DNA of 64,000 nt from Eledone cirrhosa. Lineage: Eukaryota. The stretch is taken from NCBI GenBank assembly GCA_964016885.1, contig OZ024741.1:105524001-105588000 (forward strand), in the 5' to 3' direction. The notes under the pieces are model-generated. The model saw nothing but the letters and a program-made list of their open reading frames with translations, did no database searches and was not told the DNA's origin. Position 1 is the stretch's first letter; every line of letters begins with the position of its first letter. The position numbers and the translations under genes are program-made. Positions 26,041 through 37,152 of this stretch are shown here, piece after piece.

Positions 26041-29000
26041 CTGTAGGAGTAAGACATGGTCACCTGACATGGCATTGCTCACAACAGGACAACTCATCTA
26101 ACCCATGCTAACATGGACAAATGGACGTTAAACAGTGATGATGATAACTGTCTAAGGAACCTGTAGAAAAAGACCTTATTAGATCAGCCATAATAAACTA
26201 GAGAAATTAGATGAGGTGCAGTTCGGTTTTGTACTACAGATGCCCTCTTAATGAAACAACTACAATAGAAGTTCCTAGCTAAGGCTAAGAGTAAGCTTCT
26301 ATATCTAGCTTTTATTTACCTAGAGAAGGCTTTTAACGGATTACCACAATCTGTTATCTGGTGGTCTTTAAAGAAACCAGGAGTAGAAGAGTGGCTTGTG
26401 AGAGCAGTGCAAACCATGTACAGGTAGGTGTCAATCAGGGCTCAGTCCTCAGCCCACTCGTGTTTATTATTTTTCAGTACATCCACTGAAGTAATGTGTT
26501 AGCCATTTTGTTTGTCAGGACTATGACGCAACAACAATAAAATAGAAATCATTAAGTTTAGTATTGGTTATTAGCTTTTTGATCCTAATATAATACACAC
26601 AATTAAAATTCACTCAAAAATGTTCTTGAAACTTTTTCTTATCCACTTTTAAATTATTTGTATTACTAATGAAACATGCTAAATATGTTTCACTAGAACA
26701 GGAAACTGATATATCCAGTGACTGGTATTCATAGTAAATTCTTCAACTCCTGCAAAGGCAAAGGAGATACTTTAGAACGAAGCATCTCAATCGTTATTGT
26801 CAAGGTCGTCATCATTTTTCCAGACTTATTTTCAACTTTTCCATGCTTGCATTGGTTGGACGGTTTTTTTTAGCACAGCATTTTCCTTTGTTATCTCCTC
26901 TGTGAGCTTCAGTAATTTGAGATCAGCTCTCACCACATCCACCCAGGTCTTCATATGGTCTTCCTCAACTGCAGCTTCCTTCCACTAGGATTACTTGGCA
27001 CTTCTTCACCCAGTGATTATCATCCATGTGCATCACATGTCTATACCAATGCAGTCTCCTCTCCTGCACACTACATTTGATTCCTTAAATCCAGTTTCTC
27101 TCTCAGTTCATTCATACTTTGTCGTTCTTGCACATTAACACTGCATATCCATTGAAGCATGCTTGCCTCATTTCTCTCTAGCCTTCGCATGTCATCTGCG
27201 TTCACTGCCCATGTCTCACCAGCATCACACTTTGCACACGTGCATCGAAGATCTATACCAGCACAGTCTTCTCTCTTGCACACTAGTTCTGGAAGGACCC
27301 AAGTTATGAAAGTAACAGCTGATTAGGAAGAAAATTAGTTTGAGCCAAAATGGGGTATCACTGATGTTCTCTTTCTAAAGAGGTAACTACAAGAGAAATT
27401 AACAATGAGCAAGCAATAATACCTAATATTCTTTGACAGTCTACCAGACACTATAATCTAGTCATTACTTGGTGTAGATAAATGGCCTGTATGAACTGTG
27501 CAAGCAATGTAGAGAGATGTAACTAGAGACAGAGAGTTTGCAATGGGTTCAGTGAAAAATGTAGTGTTTAGATAGGTGTCCATCAAAGCTCTTTTCTTAC
27601 CCCTGTCCCATTCTATTTATTATAGTACACCAGGTCATAACAGAATAGTTTAAAACCTAGCTGTTTATTGGAATTTTTGTATGTTGATGTCCTACTCTTC
27701 ACTATGTGTAAGCAAAATGCAATAAGTCAAAATGCTGACAAAACAAAATTCTGAGTTTTTATTTAGTAAATGATGATGATGATGACAAAAAAGAAAAGAA
27801 TAATTCGTTTTTTAAACTGAAAGAATATATTAAATAGATGGTTGCCAAAAATTTACATTTAGCAAAAAGAATATTAAAATAATATTTTCTAAAACTAAAG
27901 TTTGCCAAAAATAATGTTTTTAAAAGAATTAAATCAATTTATTAAAATTGTGAGCCAATGACCTTAAGAAAAAATGCACAGAGTTAGTTGAATTTATTGA
28001 TAGTTTTGGTGTAGTCAGCTACTAACTATGAAGGTGCATGGCTTAGCTGTTAGGATGTTAGTCCAATGATTGTAAAGGTATAGCTTTGATCTCTGGTCCA
28101 GTGGTGGCACATTATGTTCCTGAGCAAGTTATTTCATTATATTTTAGTCCAATCCACTAAGCTGAAAAAATGGGCAGCAGCAGCTGGGGGTTAAGTTTGT
28201 GACAAATTGGTATCCTATTCAAGCTCTTACACTTTCAATTGTATAACACAGACACGGAAACAGGACAAGCTACCGAGGTCTTGTGCTCCCAGTTCTATAC
28301 ACCACAAGGAATCAGGACAAGCTATAAAGGTTTTGTGCTCTCAGTTGTATAACACTACAAGGAACCAAGAGAAACTATGAAGGTCTTGTAATCCCAGTTG
28401 TATACCACATGAAACTAAAAGTTATCAAGGTTTGTGCTCTCAGTTATATAACATCACATGGAATCAGGACAAGCTATCGAGGTCTTGTGCTCTCAGTTGT
28501 TTAAAACCATATGAAACAAGGACAAGATAACAAAATTTTGTAGAACCTTATATATATATCAATAAAACAAAAAGTGATCTGAAAGAGAAACTGTGATAAA
28601 GAGATTCAAACTTTAACTGTTATATATTTATATAAAGAACAGAAACAAATAACTAACTTCATTTCTGTAGATGAATGCCAAAACTCCAATTGACACTTGA
28701 ACAAAGAAAGCCACCACCGTAATAGTCAGGAACTGAAAAATAAATGTGGAAATTAATAAAACACATAAAATATAAAGATACAGAAAAATTAATTCCTAAT
28801 AAAGGCAAACACAGTAAAACCTGAAACACAATGATAACTAAAAGTTATCATTACCTTTCTCTACATCTTACTGACTGAAAGTTATTATTAAGTAATAACC
28901 GAGGTTAACTTTGTCTTTCATCCTTACGGGGTCAATAAAATAAAGTACCAGTAATACACTGGGTAATTGCTGGCCTTGTGCCTAACGTAGAAACAATTAT

Positions 29001-31469
29001 TAAGTAATAACACATTGCAAGCTCTCTCTCTCTCCCTCTCTTTCATACAAACACAGTCTTAACCTGTGTGATGTCATAAGTTTAATATATTGCTAGCTTT
29101 GTCTCTTCCCCCCACCCACTCTCTCTCACACACACATAGTTATAATTCATACACACCATATATATGAAATAGAGAAAGTGTTGGGTGGGATGGTATATAT
29201 TTCACATATGACATTATCTACCAAATCATGTGAAGAAAAGTGAGAGACATTGTGGAAGCCAATGCTGGTAAGTCTAAGAAATGGTAAGGTTTCTAGGTTT
29301 CTTTTGTGTATTGGCAGTCTTTGTTTCCAGGCAGTGTGGAGATGGTTCTCTAACATGTTGTTCTCAGCACACATACATCAATGGAAGGATTGCTTCAGTG
29401 TTTGTGTGTGTGTGTGTAAGCCAATCTAGGTTAATGGTAATAAATAAGCAGTGTTTTATGTCTTGACAATGGGGTGGGGAGAATGCCAGCTAACTCATTT
29501 TCTTTTTCTTTAGATCTCACCACCTCCATCACCATTACCACTACTGCTGCCCCCATTGCCACCATCACCATTACCATCACCAGTAGTACTTTATATTCAC
29601 ATAACCTTTAGAAAACATTTACTGTCATATTTTTATATGTAAATAAATACAATAAAAACTTAATCCATCCAACAGTAAATAGATTTAATCAATGATAGAA
29701 AGTGACACAGAGTAGAGATATATCTTAGATTTATGATTGAATAGAGATATGTCTTAAATTTATGACACAGTAAATATATATCTTAGATCTATGATATAGT
29801 AGAGATATTCTTCTTCTTCAGTTTGGTAGATAAGTGCAGCTATAATGATACAGATAGTATATCTCCCTGCTTAACTCTCTTCATGATGTACGAGGGTAAT
29901 CCCAAAAGTAAGGTCTCCAAAGCGATGGGGACGCAGAGAAACTGTTCGTACGGCTGTTGGCAACACTGTTGTGATTGGTGCTTCCTTCACTCCCAAACAA
30001 GCATGCGCGCGCTTCGCTGGGATGCTCAATCTTGGCTTGGCAGCTGTTGAGAATGGAGCTCCTGTTGAACGCTACTGCCAAGTGCGAATTTCACGCAGTT
30101 ATTATATAGAGGGCAATCCCAAAAGTAAGGTCTCCTTTTCCGAGGAAAACATGCGTAAAGATCGGCGGATCAGTCTGGATACTCTCTGCATTTTGGTTCC
30201 TGAGGTTTCCCGAAGCACCATCCAGAGGATTTTAACGGAAAAGTTGCAATATCAGAAGTTGCAATATTGGAAGTTGCAATATCGGAAGGAGACCTTACTT
30301 TTGAGATTGCTCTCGTATATACGTCATGTAGTTCCCAGATCTGTTTTTATATATGCTGTTTAGTTGGTGTGAGCTTCTTTCAGTAGATTCATGTATTTCT
30401 TGTTAATTGAGGTTTTGTTTAAGAGTTGCCACAAGCTGGGTAGTTTCATGCTGTCAAAAGCTTTTGTGAAGTCAATGAAGGTGATGTGCACAGGATTGTT
30501 GAATTCTATTGATTTCTCAATGATTTGTTCAATAGCTAAAATCTGCTCAATGGTGCCTCTTCCATGTTGATATACAGTTTGTGCTTCAGGAAATGAGACG
30601 TAAAGATTTGACCTCACTCGTGCTGCAATGATACTCATGCAAAGCTTGTAAACATGACTCAATAGTTCACACAATCAAGTCTTTTTTGTAGAGTACAACT
30701 TATCAATGCTTTCTTGAACATGTCCAGGCTTTTTTCCTGTGGTGATAATACAGTTAAAAAGATGTTGAAGTGCTTTGATAAGAGTTTCACCTCCAGCTTT
30801 GATGAATTCTGAGTATATGTTGTCTAGTCCAGGGCTTTTTCCTTGCTTCAAATTGTTGATGGCATGAGATATCTCGCTAATTAAGATAGCTGGAATGGCA
30901 TCTGATGTTGAATCATGAACGGTTGTTTTGAGTTGCTGTAGTACAGTTCTTCCTAGAATTTAGCCCAGCATTCAAGGATATCATCTTTGCTAGTGAGAAT
31001 AGTACTGTTCGAATCTTTGATGCCCCAGCTAAGATTTCTTGGTTTAGTCTTTAGTTTCTTCAAAACAGCATGATATAACTTATCAATCATTTATTACATA
31101 TCTCACAATACTTCATATTAACTATACTACTTTGTTCTTACATATAATTATAATAGAAAAGTTTTAGATAAATATAAACACCTTAAAATAAATAGTTTTG
31201 TCATAGAACCAGAAGTGGTTTGGTAGCTAAAGGATTAATTACAAAATAAAATACGGAAAATGGCTGATATAAAGCTTACTTACCACTTTCAATAGAATAA
31301 CATGTTCCTGGAATGTTCCTACGAGACCCAGAATGGCATTGATGAAGATAATAAGACCAACAGAAAGTAGAAGTGCCACAGGCAAAGACATGTAGTTGTT
31401 GAGGGCACCATACTTCCTACGTTCCACTTCAGCCCATACACCAATTATTAACAATGTAATACCAACAAA
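15302..31469 (-). CDS. TSPAN15: TspanC8 tetraspanin (TSPAN15-like), spliced CDS lacking its first coding exon; exons 31284-31469, 28658-28732, 21998-22096, 21192-21308, 19994-20041, 18040-18156, 15302-15406
   Basis: Seven AG/GT-bounded phase-0 exons (186,75,99,117,48,117,105 nt) join into one open frame with TM segments, CCG, PxSCC and 8 Cys in the large loop. WAEVERRKY resembles vertebrate TSPAN15 YAEVERQKY from memory. Orthology needs a phylogeny. Confidence 0.9.
15546..16412 (+). mobile_element. RTE 3' fragment with 3' UTR and (GAT)n tail
   Basis: [21 protein letters not shown], in-frame stops; ends ggacgtaaaacggt(gat)n. Confidence 0.9.
16421..16590 (-). mobile_element. RTE/SINE 3' UTR fragment, tail-to-tail with the previous element
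   Basis: (ATC)n then gtttaac...cagctggatgtccttcctaac. Confidence 0.75.
16608..16990 (-). mobile_element. Penelope-like pLTR remnant with decayed hammerhead (16741-16799)
   Basis: atac-CTGATGA-helix II-GAAA-tgatca-ca-gtat; ends at (TA)n. Confidence 0.5.
17188..17372 (+). mobile_element. Young full-length family-1 tRNA-derived SINE with TSD
   Basis: A box tggcagtatcgg, B box gagttcaaatcc; TSD attattaaccattcag at 17173-17188 and 17373-17388. Confidence 0.95.
18040..18156 (-). CDS. TSPAN15: Tetraspanin exon (last EC2 Cys, start of TM4): [13 protein letters not shown]...GSAIPQ
   Basis: ctactag / gtttgt, 117 nt, IxTxGC motif. Confidence 0.9.
18191..18410 (-). mobile_element. RTE/SINE 3' UTR fragment with (CAT)n tail
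   Basis: Same motifs as 16421 and 45825. Confidence 0.75.
18550..18978. repeat. 48-bp minisatellite, ~9 copies (more at 19640-19772 and 20391-20440)
   Basis: accactttacagagtgtactgggtgtattttattgtggcaccagcact. Confidence 0.92.
19010..19560 (+). mobile_element. Decayed RTE ORF fragments
   Basis: [29 protein letters not shown]. Confidence 0.8.
19994..20041 (-). CDS. TSPAN15: Tetraspanin exon: [16 protein letters not shown]
   Basis: ctttttcag / gtaggt, 48 nt, CGY motif of the TspanC8 group. Confidence 0.88.
20762..21093. mobile_element. hAT-type MITE
   Basis: Imperfect TIRs CAGGGGTCACAAA / TTTAAGAACCCTG; 8-bp TSD GTTTAGGT at 20754-20761 and 21094-21101. Confidence 0.85.
21192..21308 (-). CDS. 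TSPAN15: Tetraspanin exon (CCG and PxSCC): [12 protein letters not shown]...[13 protein letters not shown]
   Basis: ttttcag / gttagt, 117 nt, signature cysteine motifs. Confidence 0.95.
21483..21667 (-). mobile_element. Young family-1 SINE with 18-bp TSD
   Basis: TSD ctgacataaaattataat at 21465-21482 and 21667-21684. Confidence 0.95.
21721..21932 (+). mobile_element. piggyBac-type MITE
   Basis: TTAA at 21717-20 and 21933-36; ends tccttt / aaaggg. Confidence 0.72.
21998..22096 (-). CDS. TSPAN15: Tetraspanin exon (EC2 helices): [33 protein letters not shown]
   Basis: ttttcag / gtaagt, 99 nt, D-x-LQ motif preceding CCG. Confidence 0.9.
22284..24656 (+). mobile_element. Decayed RTE LINE (second family, (GAA)n tail) interrupted by a Gypsy remnant
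   Basis: [36 protein letters not shown]; colinear with 59815-60397 across the insertion. Confidence 0.85.
23034..24114 (-). mobile_element. Internally deleted Ty3/Gypsy element (integrase remnant)
   Basis: [23 protein letters not shown] (GPY/F), DHFSRWPEA; TG...CA ends. Confidence 0.85.
26040..27270. mobile_element. RTE fragments (+ 26040-26480; - 26800-27270)
   Basis: [24 protein letters not shown]; [21 protein letters not shown]. Confidence 0.75.
28031..28220 (+). mobile_element. Diverged family-2 SINE
   Basis: aaggtgcatggcttag...gttcctgagcaag. Confidence 0.55.
28225..28530. repeat. ~55-bp minisatellite
   Basis: gctctcagttgtataacac...caggacaagcta, about 5 copies. Confidence 0.85.
28658..28732 (-). 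CDS. TSPAN15: Tetraspanin exon (TM3): [25 protein letters not shown]
   Basis: ttttcag / gttagt, 75 nt, hydrophobic with the polar Q typical of TM3; not in the ORF track. Confidence 0.9.
28899..28996 (+). mobile_element. 5'-truncated family-1 SINE with TSD
   Basis: TSD attattaagtaataac on both sides. Confidence 0.9.
29891..30315 (+). mobile_element. Internally deleted mariner with a second left TIR at ~30108
   Basis: TA-cgagggtaatcccaaaagtaaggtctcc ... ggagaccttacttttgagattgctctcg-TA; HTH remnant DRRISL...[13 protein letters not shown]. Confidence 0.85.
30320..31075 (-). mobile_element. Decayed RT fragment of a third RTE-like LINE
   Basis: [34 protein letters not shown]. Confidence 0.8.
31284..31469 (-). 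CDS. TSPAN15: Tetraspanin exon (end of TM1, small loop, TM2): [20 protein letters not shown]...EHVILLKV
   Basis: ttttcag acceptor, gtaagt donor, 62 codons. Confidence 0.93.
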
Positions 31470-31552
31470 CTGAAAATTGAACAAAAATGAATATATATAG
31501 ATTATATTAACTTAAACATACAACACATATATACAGGATGATCTATCAGCTA

Positions 31553-31584
<32 letters not shown>

Positions 31585-31586
<2 letters not shown>

Positions 31587-32058
31587 CGCTTTCTAGCAAC
31601 CAACCCACTCACAACCATTCACACTCTTTCTGACTTGACCACTGCCACGTCACGGTTCTCAGCCATTTTGAATTCGTGTTTGGCGGGGGCCACTTCAGAA
31701 AATAATCTGTCCTAGCGAGTTTGTCCCCTGAAGAGTTCGAAACTCGAGATTTATCCTTAATAGGATATCTCAAAATGAGAATGAAACCCATGGGTCGGGA
31801 TTTAGAGATTTAATCCTGGTATGTATATAAGCATTTCTAACTTTAATTTTATACCTAATTGTGTATGGTTGACCGTATATTTAATTAATTTCCACATGCT
31901 GTTGAAATGTTGGGTAAATATTCTATAGTGGTTGGCCGCGAAGACGCTGCTATCGTTTATTTATTTACTGTTTCTTCATAGGTGCCTTTTATTCTTATAG
32001 CCTGGTCTAATTGATTTTTTGTGTGGTTAATTATGCTAATTGGGAGAAGAAATGATGT
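31585..32058 (+). mobile_element. Penelope-pLTR/retrozyme-like insertion between TA runs
   Basis: More GC-rich segment flanked by TA repeats and carrying an intact hammerhead. Confidence 0.6.
31723..31801 (+). ncRNA. Type I hammerhead ribozyme, canonical core
   Basis: GTCCC-CTGAAGA-GTTC...GAAT-GAAA-CCCATGGG-TC-GGGAT; GUC site at 31794-31796; palindromic helix III ACCCATGGGT. Confidence 0.8.
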
Positions 32059-32754
32059 ATATATATTATCAAATGATTCTATGGACATGCTTTACTTTAT
32101 AGTATATATATATATATATGGAGAAGAAGTTTACGAAATGGAAATGCGGGTATATAGAATTTATTAGGTAACAATTGTTTCTATAGTGTATGGGTAACCA
32201 TATATATATATCATAAACATATTAGCATATATAGGGAGATATATCTGCTAATATATACATGCTAGCATATGGAACACACTCAGGGAGGTTTTCTGCAGCT
32301 ATGCATATATGTAATATACAGATTGTTCAAATAAAAATAAGTATTTAATGGGTGAAATATCTACTGATATGCATATCTACATATCTAGAGTTATGTAGAT
32401 ATTAAAATTACACACACATAGCAAAATTGCAATTGAAAAAAAGAATGGAAAAATAATATGAAACACGTAGGATGAATAAAAGCATCAACCTTCCTCATTA
32501 GCCACCCCCTGGGCAATGCAATTTCTTGCACAATTCTAGTATTGCATAATATTGGGTCCATATTGAATGACTGCTTAGAACAAACAAGCCGTCAGAAAGA
32601 TGCATATCAGACAACACAACAACAACGAAATTGCATTACCCAGGAGAACAAGTGAATGTCTTTCAACTAGAATAGCAAAGTATGTAAACAAATAACAATA
32701 ATAAGTTTTTAAACTGGAAACAGGACAGGATATGTGCATGGGTGTGTATGCATG

Positions 32755-32872
32755 CATCATCATTATCATCATAATTTTATGTCTTCTTTCCATGTTGGCA
32801 GGAGTTGGACAAATTGTCACGGTCTGAGACTAGACAGATCAGAGAGTCCTCATCTAACTCATACATTCCCTG
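32755..32872 (-). mobile_element. Short RTE/SINE 3' end with (CAT)n tail
   Basis: Similar to 18191-18300. Confidence 0.55.
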
Positions 32873-32899
32873 TGTATGTGCATATACACAGACACACAG

Positions 32900-32938
<39 letters not shown>

Positions 32939-32939
32939 C

Positions 32940-33505
32940 GAGATCCATCTGTCTCTTAACCCAGGACGAGGGTTGAGTTCATCACTTTAAGCCAGACAAT
33001 CCATGCAGTGGAATCACCCCTTCTCACCCGCTACAAAAAAGCCAATGTCGTTTCATCTGCAGGGAAGGTGATGGCCTCAGTTTTGGGGAATGCAAAAAAC
33101 ATTGTGTTTATTTACTATCTTCAAAATGTTGTAAATGGAGAGTACTATGCTAACTTATTGAGGCAGTTACGAAAAGCTAGCAAGACCAAATGGCCAGGAA
33201 AACTGATGAAAGGAGTCTCATTTCATCAGGACCATGCTCCAGCACACAAGTCCTTGGTTTCAATGGCTGGTGTGTGTGACTGTGGCTTTGAATTAGTTGA
33301 TCAGCCCCCTTATTCTCCTGATTTGGCTCCATCTGAATATCATCTGTTTCCCAATGGTAAAGACACTTAGCTGAGAACCAGTATCGCAGTAATGATGACA
33401 TCATATTGCTGTTGAGGACATTTTTTACCAATATGATGAAAGCTTCTTCACCAGTGGGATCCAAGTACTGGAGCACTGATGGAAGAAGTGTATGGTCTGC
33501 ATAAA
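32940..33505 (+). pseudogene. Mariner (DD34D) transposase catalytic-domain fragment
   Basis: SAGKVMASV, FHQDHAPAH, PPYSPDLAPSEYHLF; frameshifts. Confidence 0.9.
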
Positions 33506-34310
33506 AAATATTACGAGAGAGATAGAGAGAAGAAATTAACAAGAGGATGAATAGAACTCATGTAACGTTAATTGGGGGAATATATTCTAAGTATATCTAC
33601 TAATGGTATGTGTATTTACGATTAATTAGTTGTTAAAATTCTTTTCTAATATAATATTTACTGTTATAAGTAGATAGAAAAATAAATAGATATAAAAATA
33701 GATATAAAAATAGATAGAAAAATAGATAGAAAAATAGATAGAAAAATAAATCAATAAATAGATAAATATATAATAGATAAATAAATGGATAGATGTGTAT
33801 ATCGTGTTATAGATAATTGTTTTAATGAGTTATGAGGGATATTGGTTTTATATTTAATGTAAATAAATATTAAGTTAAATTAAATTAAGTTAACTGAGTT
33901 AATAAGAATATTTATATTTATATATTTTAAAATGGGAAGATATGGAAAAAACTCCAGTTTTGTTTATTTATTCGTAAGTATGAGATTATTTTGTCAAAAT
34001 AAGTATAAATGTTGAAAGATATATTTAGCCTGAATTAGTTAGTGGTTAAAAATCTAATAAAAGATATTAAAAAATTTTATTAAAAAATATTAAAAATTCG
34101 GGAAGATTTTTCAAAAAGTAATTTATAAGAGATAAGTAATTTTTAAAAAGTAAGTAATTTTTAAAAATATATAAAAAATTTAAGAAATAAAAAATAAAGA
34201 ATTAAAAAAATGAACTATCCAGTGAATTTCCAAATGAACTACCCAGTGAATTTCCAACCGATAAGGTATGATTTTCATGGGTATGTCTCTTATTTATAAA
34301 ACAAACTTTG

Positions 34311-34375
34311 TATTTTATCTGATGAAAGCGTACCAATGTTGTCTTGGTTGCCCTTGAAATGTATATAATAAAATA
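34311..34375 (+). ncRNA. Minimal type I hammerhead ribozyme, canonical core
   Basis: TATTTTAT-CTGATGA-AAG...CTT-GAAA-T gtat A-TA-ATAAAATA; 8-bp helix I; AUA site at 34365-34367. Confidence 0.75.
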
Positions 34376-34861
34376 AATATGGTTTTATAAATATAGTTTC
34401 CATTTATTTAATATCATTGAATATTTACTCCAGTAACTTGTTGAGTGCTCTAAATCCGTTACAAACATTTATGTTTGTTGGACTTCCAACAAATTAAATA
34501 CAACTTCTACTTATGTATATATATCTAATATATATTTGTGAAATGGGTGGTGGTTGAAATTCAGATGTGCACGGTTAAATGGTAGTAGATGTGGTCGGAC
34601 TGACATGAAAATTTACACACCTATGTAAAAAGTGCCAAGGAAGCAAATAGATGAGGTTTCAAATCTCTAACTTGAAAAATATGGTCCCTGGGGCCCCCAA
34701 ACGGTCTATTTACTATCGCGTTCGGTGAGTTATTTCCCCTTGTTCTAATACTTTTGTCTTATTTACAATTTCATAAAATTTCATAAAGCAGTAAATAAAG
34801 GATTATGAGTTCATGCAATTGACTTATGTTTCGTCACTATATATATATATATATATATATA

Positions 34862-34919
34862 ATCATCATCATCATCATTTTACGTCCGCTTTTCCCTGCT
34901 TGCAAGGGTGGGACGGGAA

Positions 34920-34922
<3 letters not shown>
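34862..34922 (-). mobile_element. ~60-bp extreme 3' end of the young RTE, embedded in (TA)n
   Basis: Identical to 48455-48512 through gggacggg; TA on both sides. Confidence 0.9.
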
Positions 34923-34979
<57 letters not shown>

Positions 34980-35516
34980 GAAAACGCTTTCATAAAAAAA
35001 AAATATCAACTGTAATGTATGTATGCATGTATTTATGTGTTTATATGAGCGGAGATATGCAAGTAAATCTTACTTTGTGGACAGCTGCCTCTTAGCATAA
35101 TATTCATGCTAGAACAGCATATATTTGAAAGTTTTCAGGGAGTTGAATTACTGATTTTGGATTGGCAGCTTTAGCTTTGAAAAAATGAAATGCGCAGTGT
35201 AAACATTTTTTATTATTCCTCCGGGGATGAATCTTCTCTGTCTTTTTCCATCTCTTTCTTTCTCTCTGGAAGAAATCAGCCGATAGAAACACCATGATGC
35301 ACCGTGCATCACGGTGGAGTTGAAAAGCAGATTCAGAACATGGCGTTGTGTGGGGGTGGCTCGCAGCCCAATGTTCCAGGGGGAGCAAAAGAAGAAAAAG
35401 AAGGTGTGAGCTGGAGTCCTATCAAATATGTAGGTTGTGTCTTAAATTGAAGGTTTCGTAGAAACAATTCATGTATAGTTTTGTACTTTTCTTTTTGTCA
35501 TTCATATATAAACAAA

Positions 35517-36541
35517 TCTACTATATAAATTGGAAGTGGTCGGACGTTGTATATGTAGGTGTAGTCGGATAAACGTCGAAACGGCTTGGTGGAATGCAGC
35601 GAAAATTTACACAGTTATGCAGAATGACCCGAGGAGGCGTTGGGTCGACTTTAAAGCTACAAGCTTCCATGGTTACGGAGAAAATCGATGAAACAGGAAT
35701 TTCCCATTCAAATTGAACTGAGAGTAATCTGTGAACACAGAAGTAAATATTTCGAGAAACGTTGCAACCAAACGAAAACAGGAAGACGATATTTTGGTTC
35801 ATGAAGACGTTCCCTGGCAATGAACGGGAAAAAAGCGAGGATAATACGTCGTTATGTGGATCGTGAAGAACAATTTCATGCAAAGACAAGACCAAGTTTA
35901 TGGTATAAATGGAGTCGTTAGACTAATATTCTATTTAAAATAACAGAATGATTTCCAGCCCCGGAGTGTAATTAAAATTGAAAACGAAAATGACAGAGGC
36001 TATTAAAATAGTAAAAGTAAATAGTGAAGATTTTGGCCAGTACATAAGTATGCCCCGACGGACATACACATACATACGCACACACAAACACAAATGCACG
36101 CGCCTATGTATAACCCTTATGCCTTTCTACAGTATTTTCACCAAACTTAAGACATAGGTTACTTATGTACTCCGGATGGTCATGAGCACTGTCATTTTTC
36201 CAGATATTGATTATAGGGCCCCCCGGCAGATAACCACTTTAACCACTTCCTTAGAGTCGACTGAAGCACTGCAGTGCAGTGCAACAAAACGTCATAACTT
36301 CTGGAGTTCGCAACCGATTTTCACAAAACTTGACACATGGGCTACGCTTGTCCTACAGATGAATGTGAACTCTCAGAATTGGCACATATTGGGTAGGGGA
36401 CCCCTGGGGGCAGGAACCCCCTTTTGGAAAAAGCCGATGATTTTGTAAAAGTATAGTTTTCGAAGCAGCACTGAAGTATTGACATAAATAGTATACACAA
36501 CTGCTATTTAATATCCGAGCAACGCCGGGTACCTCTGCTAG
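35517..36541 (+). mobile_element. Non-autonomous Helitron (~1.0 kb)
   Basis: a|TCtactatataaa 5' end; subterminal hairpin ccgagcaacgccgg and CTAG|t 3' end; no TSD. Confidence 0.75.
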
Positions 36542-36549
36542 TATATATA

Positions 36550-36641
36550 TATAAACGTTTGTAGTTGTAAGGCCAAGACAATGCAGGTATTTCTATATCC
36601 ATACCTGCATTGTCTTGGCCTTACAACTACAAACGTTTATA
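36550..36641. repeat. Perfect 41-bp inverted repeat with 10-nt loop
   Basis: 36550-36590 is the exact reverse complement of 36601-36641. Confidence 0.95.
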
Positions 36642-36679
36642 CCTCATTACACAATGCTTCAAGTGAACTATAACTTCCT

Positions 36680-36742
<63 letters not shown>

Positions 36743-36991
36743 TATATTAGAAAGTAAGGTTTTTTTTACAAAATGAAAAATAACCGAGGTGTCCTACACG
36801 AGTGAAAGTATAAAGAAAAAAAGATGAAATCGAAAATGCAACTGGAGTCTTATTTAAAAAAAAATATATATATTTATTTGGATACATATATATATATTAC
36901 AAAGTTATCTGGAGGATTAAAAAATTGAATTTATGGAATTTGAATTTTAAAGATTTGTTTTATTTTAGTAGAATATTAATCCTCTGTTAAA

Positions 36992-37152
36992 ATTGGCAGT
37001 ATCGGTAGAGGGTTGGACCCCATGCTTTGACGCATAGAGTTACGTCCCTTTATGATCTGAGTTCAAATCTCGCCGAGGTTAACTTTGCCTTTCATCCTTA
37101 TGGGGTCGATAAAATAAAGTACCAGTACACTGGGTAATTGCTGGCCTTGTGG
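36992..37152 (+). mobile_element. Family-1 SINE
   Basis: Matches the 17188 copy. Confidence 0.9.

Noticed and set aside
32410-32670. Candidate first coding exon
   Set aside because: No frame gives ATG, a K(Y/F)-led hydrophobic TM1 start and a good phase-0 donor together.
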